The position numbers were made by a program, and so were the translations under genes. A stretch of DNA of 63,244 bases, filler included, from Bigelowiella natans CCMP2755 (taxonomy: Eukaryota; Protista; Cercozoa), in NCBI GenBank assembly GCA_000320545.1. It is 4 parts of 4 records of this genome, joined end to end, with 100 filler letters (N's around TTAATTAATTAA, not from the genome) between each part and the next. Parts side by side here need not be neighbours in the genome. Positions count along the whole stretch, not along the records: positions 1 to 24,336 come from ADNK01000433.1; positions 24,437 to 40,695 come from ADNK01000031.1; 2 more parts are not named here. One strand, written 5' to 3'. Below are positions 13,900 to 25,184 of the stretch, piece by piece (within the stretch, counting starts at the first letter, position 1; every line of letters begins with the position of its first letter). The notes beneath the pieces are model-generated. The model saw only the letters and a program-made list of their open reading frames with translations, had not been told where the DNA came from and did no database searches.

Positions 13900-15622
13900 A
13901 CAGAGCGGACAGAAAAGCGGAAGAGAAGGAAAAGAAGCAAGCATGGAGGGCGAGGAGACAGCGAAGCCACAGGTCAATGTACCGAAGAGATCGAAGGCGG
14001 TAGTAATTAGGAATAAAACAAAAGATGTTGCCTTTGGAGTTTTGGGTCATTTAGACTACACATACCTCAATGCGAATAATCCTAAATTCCTCCAATGACT
14101 GCGTATCTGAGTAGTATCGATCTCAATTTCTTTACTATGAATAAAGGCAACTCCCTTCAGGACGGAGACGGCGGAACAGATGCTACCAGACCTCACACGG
14201 TAGTTATTCCTTGTATCGTTTCCTCCGCCTTCTTCGACGAAGGCTTCATGCTTGTAATTGTTCGATTCTGGTCAGATCTGTATCCACTGATTACACGGAA
14301 GGAATATGCAAGTGTGGAGCCCATCCGACCTCGTACTCGAAAGACGTTAAAGAAAATAGAAGCGGCGGATTGGACGATGATCTAGAAGCAGATGAGGAGC
14401 CTTATAAACCACAGGGCGAGATGATCGGAGCTTTGCTGGATCGAGCGAAGACGATCGCCCATCAGACGAAGTTCGTTCCTAATATCACTCGAACAGTGCT
14501 CGAGTACGAGGGTTGCAATTTGATGTGGCTGGTGCCAAACGACGCTGCGGAAGAGGATCGAAAAATTTATCCTTTCCCCTCTTCATACGGAATCCGGCAA
14601 TCCAAAGTTTTATTGTTTAAATGGACTCATTCTCAAGGGGTATTGTATGATGATAACAGTAATGATATTAAGAAGAACAGGAAATGAAGAAGAATATGAA
14701 ACCTTGTGCAGTTTTGCTCTAAGATGTCCACATGACAGAAATTCAATAGAAGTCATAGTCCTCGTATTTTTGTGGCTTTTCATAACTGATATGAACGAAT
14801 TCACTGCTAATACGCACATTATGCGAAGTGTCACCGAAGAATAAACATGAATTATTTAAGGCATAATATATGCCCATCCTCCGTGCAACAGGTTGGTATC
14901 AAGGTTAATATATCTGCGAACTCTTTGCCACATCTGGTCCGCTATATAAAGGTAAATGAGCAAGCTGCATCGAACATGCGTGCGATGATGACTGTGCGAA
15001 ACACATCAATTCGTGCAGGCGCATGGACTCAAACAAGTACCTTCCGACAAATGTCCGAAGCCATGTCCAAGTACAAAACTGAGTGACTTTTGGCCGTGCA
15101 GCTGGGATAGCGAATTCGTCGAGCAGCTGGAGCAGAGCACACTGTTTGACTTAATACAAGCAGCCAATTTTCTAGACATGAAGCCCCTTCTAGAACTCTT
15201 GTGTGCCCAGGTGGCTTGCATGATAAAAGGTACCGCACAAAGACGTATAGAGACACACATCCACACACAGCGGGAGGAAACGACCCGATTTAGAAGGATG
15301 CCACATCCTCCACAATTAATAGAGGCTACGTGGATGCACTTTCCAGCCAGATAAATTATGCGAACTGTCGCCCCTACAGCCCTCTAATGATTTGTGGATT
15401 CGAAGAATTATATTAAGGATAATATTTGGTGTTACGTGCAGGCAAAAATCCTGAGGAAATTAGAGCGACTTTCCACATTAGAAACGACCTCACGGAAGGT
15501 GGGGAACTTTCTAGATTCTTTATTTTCTAGCAATACGAGCAATATGCGATGATAGTATTACTTTTTGCGCAGAGGAGAAGGAGGCTATAAGGGCAGAATA
15601 AAAATGGGCAGAGGAGTCATAG
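13900..15622 (+). CDS. SKP1: Divergent SKP1-family protein with N-terminal extension; start uncertain; in-frame TAA six codons before the final TAG
   Basis: [43 protein letters not shown]|[18 protein letters not shown]|[15 protein letters not shown] is the SKP1 dimerisation region. Confidence 0.85.
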
Positions 15623-16356
15623 ACCACTGCTTATCCGATATCGACGGCATGATGATATTGTAACCCGTGGGTGAAGGAAGAAAGTCATCCATATTCATAT
15701 GCATACATGATGTCGCCCCGTGATACACTAGGCCGATTCGCAATACACGTGTGACGTCAGCGATAGCAAATTAAAAACAACTCAAGGACAAACAAACTGG
15801 TTTGCAGAATGACTGTGTCATTTCTTCGATAATTACAAACAACACAGTGCGTCAAAAATATGATGAGGAAATCTTGTTCACGACATCAAGGCACGCTGCT
15901 ACTGTCCTATCTAGCTATGCGATGCTCTAGTGTATATTGTGTTACTTTGCTAGCGCGCTAGTCATAGCGCCTGAAGGCTTGCAATGTGTCAAACTGCTCT
16001 TGTGACCATGCATACAGCCGCCCAGGCTCATGAGTAATTTGCAAATAAATTTTGGAGAGCTTGTAGCATACATGTATCGCATGCTAGCATGGAGCTCTAC
16101 TTAACAATTCATGCACACACAGGTCTAGAAATGTCTGCAGTTTACACACATGACGACGAATAACAACACGCCGTGCAGGTCTCGCGCTGCAGTACGTTTT
16201 CTGGCATATTTGATAGGTATGATTCGTACATGAGAAAGACACATCTAGACATGCAAGCTTGATTACACTGTACCCTCCGGTTGAAGACAAGGTCTATTGT
16301 GTGATCATCACTCCTCACACTACCGGCCTTTGACGAATAAAGGAATGCACGCGGAC

Positions 16357-18114
16357 TTAAAGTAATTTATACTGACGTTTCTGCGAGTTTTGATACCATT
16401 TGTACGCATAGACGCCCCCACCTATGAGAGCTCCTAAAATAACTAAATAAATTAAGTACGTGAACCAGCTTGTTCCACCACCACTACGCAAGCTGCCGCC
16501 GAGCCCCGACGAGGAATATGATCTAGATGATCCAGAAGTACCAGCCATTGTCCTTTCGATCCGCTGGAGCATCATCTTGATCTGAATCTGGTCCTGCTTT
16601 ATCTCGTCGAGCTGTTTCTGCATGTCGCCGCCCCCGGATGCGACAAGCCCAGTGCTCCTGCCGCTCGCCCCAACTCCACGAAGATTCACCACCTCGCCCT
16701 TAATCGCATTCATCTGTCTTGTGATGAAGTCGCGATCTACTGGAGCATGGTTCTTTGTCAGCTCCACGGCCTCGTTGACCTTCCGAAGCACGTTACTGAG
16801 CTCGTTGATCTCGGTGAGGATGCTGTCGGCGTTACCCGTCGTGCTGCGTTTGAGCTTCTTCGTTTCCGCTGTTTTCTCCTCCATTGCGTTCTCGAGGAGG
16901 ACAAGGGAGCCCTGGATTTGGTGAAGGAGTGTCATCGCGTTGTGCTGAAACTCCTTTGTCGTGATAGAGTCGTGGGCCTCCTGCTGCTCGTCAATGAACT
17001 TCTTGTAGTCCTCCCGCAGCGCCTTGAGGTCTGCATCCTTTTGGGAAAGGTCGGTCGTGGAGAGCTGGTAGATGTCGTGGCTGTCCGCAACGTCGCCTGT
17101 GTGCGCAGAAAGACCGAAGTATTTGTCCACACCGAGCTTCACGTTGCCGACGCGGAAGCAGGGCTCAAAGTCGCCGTCATTCTGCACAGCGATGGAGACT
17201 GAAAGCGTTTCATCCTGATACTTGATCTTTGCCCGTGAAGGCTTTTGCAGGTTTCGAAGCTGTTAGGGTTAGAGAGTGGTAGGATCAAATACAGTGTCGT
17301 TCGATGGTTCAAGTTGTTGTTTTGAAAACCATGACACCGACTCCGCTACAGTTTTGGTACTATTACTGCTACTGCAACTATGGATTGAGTGAGTGAGTGT
17401 ACTGTGTGTGTTCCAGAGTCACAAAAAACTCATACTAATTTTTGGCAGGAATATGACGCCTAATGATAATAGCCAAACAGCGAGTACCAACCTGATACGA
17501 GCACTTTCCTGACGCTTGGTCTTCACCATCAGATCCCGCGTCGTACCGCATTGTCCCGTCATTCACAATGGCGGTGATGAGAGGGTTTTGACCGACGGCT
17601 GAGGAAGGAAGTGCGGCAGAAGGGGGCAGAAGGGGGAAGGGGGAGGAAGGCACGATTCAGATTATTTGCATACCCATAATGTAAGTGTTTCGTTCATTTA
17701 TTACGCATAGTCAAGTTCCCGTCTTCATATTCTCAGCACCAACTAACTGCTCAAGGTTTATCCTCGGTTTCGTACCGTTGTTATCGTAAGTATCAAAGAA
17801 GACGCCCAGCCCTTTCCAGTAGTCTGCTGCGCCATACACTGTTCCGAGGACCTCGGGCGTGTCTGTGTACCAGAAGGCAAAACCGTCCCCGCCGAGCATC
17901 TTCTGGCCCTTGATTTGGAAGTCAAACTGGACCTCCCAATCGGTCATTTTCGACTTGATTGAGTTCCAGAAGTAACCCGTTCGGCTCTGGCGTGCTAGGT
18001 AATGTTGATATAAATGAGGAAGAGAGCGAGAGAATGGGGGGGATGATGAGGCAAGGGAAAATAGGAGTCGTGGGACTGCCGACGCTGGTTGGAACGTGAT
18101 GGACCTGAGTTAGA

Positions 18115-18151
<37 letters not shown>

Positions 18152-18577
18152 CCTCTCTTTCTACACAACCACATACACACACACACCGTACATGCACATA
18201 TATTTAAATTTGAGGGATTTTTCTATCACATGGCACACAGAGTTTCTTTCTAAGTGATGATGATGATACCTGGTGTCAATCGCACGAAGGTATTATTGAC
18301 TAGCGCCCCAGCACCTAACACAGCACATTAGTACAGACACGTAAGAGCTTTTGATGAATAGAAGTAATTATTCGGCTACGAAGACTTATTCACAATGTCC
18401 GGTCTGACCATGTCTCCAAAAAGGAACCGTCCCTTGGTGGTATGGAGGTTGAAAAGAGTGCGACATTGCAACCGACTCGACGCCGCATCTGGCCAGCTGC
18501 ACGTAGAAAACGGCAAGTAACAACGCGCAATAGTTGCCTCTTCCAAACACGCTTCGATCAACGTCGAATAATGCCAT
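16357..18577 (-). CDS. L-type lectin cargo receptor, ERGIC-53/Emp47/VIP36 family; 5 exons
   Basis: Hydrophobic leader, HSFQPPY, VRLTP, DWEVQFDF, GDGFAFWY, GLGVFFDTYDN, YFGLSAHTGDVADSHDI, then coiled coil, TM helix and cytosolic tail QKRQYKLL. Confidence 0.9.
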
Positions 18578-19297
18578 TGGCTCTTTGATTCTTGATGGAG
18601 GGAATAAGGAACACGAGTCGCAAAGTCAGTGGGTTTCTGAGTATTGAAAATACTTCGAGCTCTACAATGTACGTATCATGCCGACTAGGTATGCATTGGA
18701 CTTCTATAGGACAGGAATAGCTTATCGAAGTTCCACAATGTATAAGTAAACTTTTCAAGATGACTCGCCTCTAGAATTTGTTTGTCAGATGCTGTAAGCC
18801 GTAGTTGCGCCAACAGATGCACGTATGCGCGGCATGCATGATGGGGAAAACCATAGAAAACATATCAACCAGGCTTTTTCGACAACACGATCTAATCGCC
18901 AGCGTACAGGTCATGCCAGATGAAAACTAGTGTTTTTTTGTGGTGGTGAAAGGGGGGGGCGGGCAGACCGCTGCTTGCGTCAGACAACTGAGTAGTCTGT
19001 CTACTATTCGTACTCAAAAGACGAAACATGTTGTGTCGCAGGAAGTCGACACCATGCATTCGCTCTTTGATAAATACTGGGCTCCGATATTTATGCTTTG
19101 GATCCCGAAATACCATAAGACCCCATTTTGCAGTAACTCTGCCCTTTCTGGCACCCTATCACACTGAAATGAGATTCATTTTCATGCCGACATAGTTTAA
19201 TATATTTATGAGCGACATTGGAAAAATGATGTCGTAGGATCAGTATTAGCTTTGATTCAGTACATTATTCCAAGAGGAGGATAAGCAGGAGGGCAAG

Positions 19298-20240
19298 ATG
19301 CGGTCCCCCATTCCGCTTCTCCTCCTACTCGTAGGAGGAGCTTCTCTCCCCGCCTTCACGCTGGCAGAGACTTGTAAAAGATTCACAAATTTTCACCCGT
19401 TATATGCCCTGGAATGGGAATTGATTCTAGTGCAGTCCTGAGTGCTCTCATTCACCGCAGGTTTGGAGAAGGGCTTTGGCGAAGGCCTGGTGTGTAGTTC
19501 TTGCAAAAAATTCGAGGAGATTGTGAAAGATGAAGGTAGCTGACTCGTATAACGTATTCTGGCAGTTCAGAAGAGAGTACTATTGTTTGATTGGTGCGTA
19601 CTGATTGTCAGAGCTCGCTAAAGAATGCATGGACTGCTGTACAGACGATAAGGCAGTCGTTTCGGTGAGAGAAAGCAATTGTGCGGTCGAATTGTTGAAT
19701 GCATCCTGTAGACAGTTGAAATTATAACCATTCGCACGCCGGTTTCGCTACCATCATGGGCTGGGCTTGTTCAGTAGCATTAAGCCCTATGCGTTCTTCG
19801 CAATGCGTGCAAGAGAGAAGAAAAATTCAGAGATTTATTCCGTTGCCAAAGATCTCATCTTTGTTGTATCGATGCCCATGCTCTGCAACATTTTATTGTT
19901 TGACCTCTTGTTGCTCTGATTCTGATTTCCACTCTAAGAGGCTATTACACTGACTTTTCTGGACTCAGAAGAAACAATATTACGTTTTTATTAAAACCAG
20001 GGAAAATTCGCGAATGCACGATTAGAAGTCTGTCAATGAAAGATCAATCGGTTTCCTGAGGTTAGGGGATTCATCCAGGACAAAGGTCCCTCACACAAAA
20101 ATCTGAAGGTAGACTATGTTCGAGGAGCAAACCCCGTCCTTGTGATGGAAGGCCCTAATATGGACACCGAGACAGTCAGCATTGCAAATTGGAAAATTCA
20201 TGATATTGAAGAATACCTTAATAAACACTTATTGGCTTAA
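19298..20240 (+). CDS. SELENOF: Selenoprotein F (Sep15); 4 exons, in-frame TGA (Sec) at 20037-20039
   Basis: Signal peptide MRSPIPLLLLLVGG..., Cys-rich CLEKGFGEGLVCSSC...ECMDCC, then ARLEVCQ-TGA-KINRFPEVRGFI...LKVDYVRGANPVL...WKIHDIEEYLNKHL. The frame stays open past TGA to TAA at 20238-20240. Confidence 0.93.
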
Positions 20241-20314
20241 TCGTCTTAGTTTAAATAGACTTAGTTATAGTTATAATACCTTGACGAGCGTAACCGACAT
20301 TCAAATACTTGAGA

Positions 20315-20410
20315 GCAAGAATTTCTGGGAATCAGATGAAGCAAGCATCCGTAAACCATTTCGCTGGGTTGTGCGTTGTTGAATGTAAAAATTTCATAGA
20401 GATCTTGTTC
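20315..20410 (+). promoter_or_regulatory. SECIS element (form 2) in the SELENOF 3' UTR
   Basis: ATGAA core at 20336-20340 opposite TGAA at 20380-20383; helix GCAAGCAT/GTGCGTTGT; unpaired AAA followed by a CCA-TTTCGC-TGG mini-stem; lower helix AAGAATTTCTG/TAGAGATCTT. Folded by eye. Confidence 0.8.
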
Positions 20411-20954
20411 GTTAATTGCACCTATTTCACACATTAATGTGTTTACATCAAACCTGCATTACTATGATGATGCGTATACATTGCGTAGTCACGTTCATGT
20501 ACGGTGAGACAGCTTGCACTTTTATGCGAGACAGAAGCATGACATGGTGTGTGACCAAACGAGTCGCTCTAGAACCAAGAACACCATGCACATCGTATTG
20601 TCATATGTGTACACACATGTGTGCTGTGCGCGTTATCATCAAAACATCGGAGGCGACCGATAACGCGATGAATTTTGATGTTCTGCACTTGCTATGGATC
20701 CGAAACTCTTCGATCCTTAGCTAGCTAGCACCGTACATCTGCATGACTAGGTAGATGCTTGCTGGCGTATGTAGAGTGCAAATGATGCATGTGACACACG
20801 CACAGGATCAATGCATGCTGCACGACATTGCTAGATTGCAGCCAATGCACATGTGTGCTTGCATGATTGCGCCATGCGCAATGCACCAGGCGCCTAGCTA
20901 GCGCGTGAATGATCATGAACCGCCGCAGTACACACGTGAAACAACACGCAATTA

Positions 20955-21090
20955 TACAATTGATTGCATGAAATGCATCACAGCGGAGACCAACAGATTC
21001 AACATCAGCGCTATAGCCACTGCTTTGCACAGCTACGTACTGACCGCATTGAACAAATTTTAAATTTAATTCATTACATCCGTCTTACAT
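20955..21090 (-). repeat. Dispersed element, copy 2 (long)
   Basis: Reverse complement aligns over about 135 bp with 30927-31062, including an exact 24-mer ATGTTGAATCTGTTGGTCTCCGCT. Confidence 0.9.
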
Positions 21091-21212
21091 GTGAATGAAA
21101 GCTACACCATACACATACTCGTGTTTACAAAATGAACGTACCTAGCTCCGGACAACATGTGAATGCCAGATAGCACACTATCACATTCATTAGTTCGTAG
21201 TATTTCTGTACA

Positions 21213-23111
21213 TCAGCATGAATGAATAGGCTCAGCGACTTCAGATTTCCTTTCATGAGTGCTTCCAATAGATTCTCTGTCATTCTCTTCCCATACTTCT
21301 CCAGTCTGCTGTACAGCCTCAAAACCTCCAGTGTTTTCAGAATCTGCTTTTTTAACGGAGCTAAATTCGTCCATCGACACTTCCTCGTGTGTTCTCGATT
21401 TTCTAACGCACCGATAATAAGTCACAAATCCTATTGCAAAGCAAAATAGAGTAATAATGGTGACAATTATAGCTGCCACTGCAGGGCTTAACATTGATAT
21501 CTTATCCTGACAAATTGATCCACCCGGACTAGTTTCAGCGTCCAATTTCTCCATGTCAGATAAAGAAATGTTAAAATCGAACACGTCTAGATCTTCTTGT
21601 AGATACTTCTCGTTTGCAGATGCTGTTACAAAAGTGGAATTTTGTTGCAGAATCCATTTGAGAGCTATCTGGGCTGATGACTTCTGGTAATCATTGGCAA
21701 GAGACACAACACGGTCGTTGTGGATAGCTTTTCCAGAGCTTCCACCCAACGGGGAGTAAGCTTCGATAACTATTCCATGGGAAGCAGAATACGATAATAG
21801 TTCATGAGGATCTGATCCCATTCCTACATGATATTCAACCTGATTCACCATTGGAACGACTCTCTGTGTGGCCTTTAAGCAATCAAAGCACTCCTGACAG
21901 TAATTCGAAACACCGATTGCTCGTGTCTTACCAGCGTAATAAAATTCTTCGACAGCCCTCCATTGATCTTGAACAATCTTGCATAGCGGACTACAACCCC
22001 ATGTGGTGGCCGGTGCACAAGCATTAAATCAACGTACTCAACGTCAAGCTCTTGGAGATTTTGCTCCATTAATTTAGTCGATTGTTTGCCACAATGACTC
22101 GTGTCCTTAAGGTCGTTAGATCCACACTCTGGAATTTTTGTTGTGAGGAAATAGGATGTTCTGTTGTAACCTTTCAACCCTAGTCCAATTCCATGCTGAT
22201 TTCCATACTGATAAGCAGTATCAATGTGGGCAACTTTTGCATCTAATATGATTTTGGTGTTGGCGACGAAGTCTGAGCCAGGTACTCCACTGGCAACTAC
22301 TGGCATTTGAATCCCATTTCGTAATTTCACGTAAACTGTGCCCTCTGGATAGAAGTTGTCCCGTTTTTTTTCCACCACAGGTTTAGATGGGAGGTATTCT
22401 GGAACAATACACTTTGATTTCATATTTTGCGTGCATTTATTTGCTGAAAAATCCTCTGTGACATCAAAATTGTGGAGAACAGATGGGCAGTCATCTTCAT
22501 CACCACAGTAGAGGTTGTGAAGGTTGCAATAGTTTGTCGAATAATCTACTACGGAGAACCCTTGGGATTCCGAGCAGGCATACACAACACATCTGCCTTC
22601 GATTTGCTTCAATGTGAATTTTTGCTGATTTTTCATACCGATCAAATTGTCATGAGAATCAAGTTCTCATGATTGTGTATAATTTCAAGCGAGAAAGAAG
22701 AGATTAGAATGTTACCATATCGATGTAATTTGGAGGCCGACCCGTGACGCGCTTTGAAACTATCACATTGATTCCTTCGTTGGAAAAATTCGCAGGGCTT
22801 TGTTGTAAAGTGTATTTTCCTCCCTGCACAGATAATATTTTTCGTACGATATTTCGAGATAAACTTAAGTAGAATTTACACACATTGTGAGGATCTATCC
22901 AGCTTGTACTGGTCGCTCGGGCAACGATCTCGTCGAGCACATCCTTGCATCTCGAATCTGGGAAGTGCACGGTCATATTGCACATCGCATGCGGTCTAGC
23001 CTTGGACCCAGGACATATGTCAGCTATAGTTTGCGCAATCGTCTGATGTGAGTGACCGAAAAGAACAAGAAGCCACGCTGCCAGCCGTGAGCAGGTGGAC
23101 GAAGGAACCAT
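21213..23111 (-). CDS. Signal peptide + Cys-rich domain + aldo/keto reductase + C-terminal TM helix; apparent 1-nt frameshift at 21997-22000
   Basis: AKR motifs HIDTAYQY, FLTTKI, LDVEYVDLMLVH, TRAIGVSNY, PMVNQVEYH, EAYSPLG, AQIALKW. The two ORF-track pieces join if one G is added to a G4 run. Two introns lie in the N-terminal domain. Confidence 0.85.
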
Positions 23112-23636
23112 CAGGAAATGATAAAATTCCGACTGAGGAAGAGTGATCTCTTTCTTGATTGAACACCCTTCATTTATGAACTACGACAACCTTTTTACCT
23201 TGGCGCCAGCTGAAGTTTACAGGCGCTTTGAGCTACTTGGTGCTGCGCTATCGGCCAGCACCCTGCGTGGGATAAAAACATATCGGGGAAACTTCTTGAT
23301 GAGAGCAGAAAATCCTTCAGATTTCCTTACGAGTACAAGCCTCGAAGTGGAGATATTTCTGCAGCGATTCGCCAAGGAATTTTCCGTCTCAGATTGTAAT
23401 TGCCGGATATTTCATCCCTACGATATCACATGAATCTTGAGTTTAGACAAAAATGATCTGTGTTTCCCTCGTTGATGCTGAATATTCTCTTGCTGAATAG
23501 TAGTGTTGGCCAGCACCCACCTCGGAAAAGCATACAACTTCCGGAGAAATTTCAGCCCACCCCCCCCCCCCCCCTCTCCTTGTCAAGATAGTCGTCGTCG
23601 TCTCTCAACTAATTCGCTAGAACGCGAAATAGTTCG

Positions 23637-23942
23637 ATGAACGTCGTGGTCGGCATAGGGCTGGTATCTGCAGGATACTACTGGCTTGCGGTGAGCGGAT
23701 CTTCCTTGATATTCGAGACACTGTGTGATGAGCGGAACTATGCCTTTTTCGTCCTCTTCCTTACTGTGTTCCTCTTTCCCCCTTTTTCTTCTTCTGTTCT
23801 ATCTCTCTTTCCCCCGCTTTCCTTACTTCCGTTTCTCATAGAGCGACAAGAAGAGCAAGGAAGCCGAGATACGGAAGGAGGCTAAGGAGCTAAAACTTAC
23901 TACAAGCCGGCTTAATCGAAATGCTCGCTTGCAGGTGCTTAC

Positions 23943-23975
<33 letters not shown>

Positions 23976-24154
23976 GTAAGCACATCGAAAAGATGCGTCT
24001 TTATCTTTGTACCTAATAGGAACGAACGAGGGATGACCTCAAAGTAAAGCTCTGTGAAACTGAGGTCAGACTTTCACAAGCACTCCACTTCTTGTCCCTA
24101 TTTTTCATTCGCTTCATATGTCCTTATCTGTATTCCATCGCGCCTCCTCTTCTC

Positions 24155-24239
<85 letters not shown>

Positions 24240-24336
24240 CCCGCCCCCAAATAACCCATCATTCATACTTTCCAGGCCTTAGAACGGACCCTTTGGAAGC
24301 TGGTGGAGTACATTATCCGAGACTACATCGAGGTGG
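23637..24336 (+). CDS. 5' fragment of a probable PXA-domain (SNX13/14/Mdm1-like) membrane protein, cut by the contig gap
   Basis: MNVVVGIGLVSAGYYWLA|SDKKSKEAEIRKE...|ERTRDDLK|ALERTLWKLVEYIIRDYIE; LxxYIIRDY resembles the start of the PXA domain. Confidence 0.55.
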
Positions 24337-24436
24337 NNNNNNNNNNNNNNNNNNNNNNNNNNNNNNNNNNNNNNNNNNNNTTAATTAATTAANNNNNNNN
24401 NNNNNNNNNNNNNNNNNNNNNNNNNNNNNNNNNNNN
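24337..24436. other. Artificial contig spacer
   Basis: N-run, TTAATTAATTAA (stops in all six frames), N-run; the same structure occurs at the other two gaps. Confidence 0.97.
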
Positions 24437-24603
24437 GCCAGCGATGAGACAAACAAACCAAGCCACGCATACAGACTATATATATATCTCACACACACGC
24501 GCGCGCGCACACACACACACACACACACGACAACATATTATATATATTAATCTGCACACTACTGCAGGGCCTCCTCATTTTCTTGTTCGGTTCATCAAGA
24601 TAC

Positions 24604-25129
24604 CTGTATTGCCTCGAAATTGATGAATGTTGGAAAGGCCAAGGAGCTCGTGAGAGCACGCTTTCGCAGCATACCTTCGTACGTGGTTAAGAACAAAATA
24701 AATAGAACAATCAACACTGAGACAAAGCCATTCCTTCTTCCAACATCCTTTTCCTTTCATCATTTATTTTGGTCGTTGTCGTAGTCGATGATCGTTCGAA
24801 AGGAAAGCCATCATTGTTGTTGCTAAAGAATTGAATTTATATATGTGTACGTTATATGCATGTGTGTATGTGTGTGCGTGCGCGCGCGCGCGCGCGTGTG
24901 TGTGTGATATTAATATTAAGTCTCTATGCTTGGCTTTTATGTTTTACTCATCGCTGCCAAAGAAACCATGGTGAGAGTCCACAGCAAATTTCCACATTAT
25001 ATTGTGACTTATGAACTTCTGTCCCCCTTTAATTATGATAATAATAATTATAATGATAATACTAAAAAAATCATAGATTCTGAGTACATTTAAGCTCTCG
25101 CTGAAGCATTTACACGTCCACACCCATCA

Positions 25130-25184
<55 letters not shown>

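Noticed and set aside
15599-15601. Alternative genetic code with TAA or TGA reassigned
   Set aside because: TAA ends the lectin, SELENOF and RPN9 genes, TAG ends RPN3 and PGLS, and TGA ends ATP11. The one in-frame TGA is explained by the SECIS.
24381-24392. Palindromic TTAATTAATTAA repeated three times in the window
   Set aside because: Always centred in a 100-nt N block; it is a six-frame-stop linker added when contigs were concatenated.
24568-24680. Plus-strand exon candidate bounded by CAG and GTACGT
   Set aside because: The minus strand encodes the conserved Clu motif YAAKACSHELLGL in phase with neighbouring exons.
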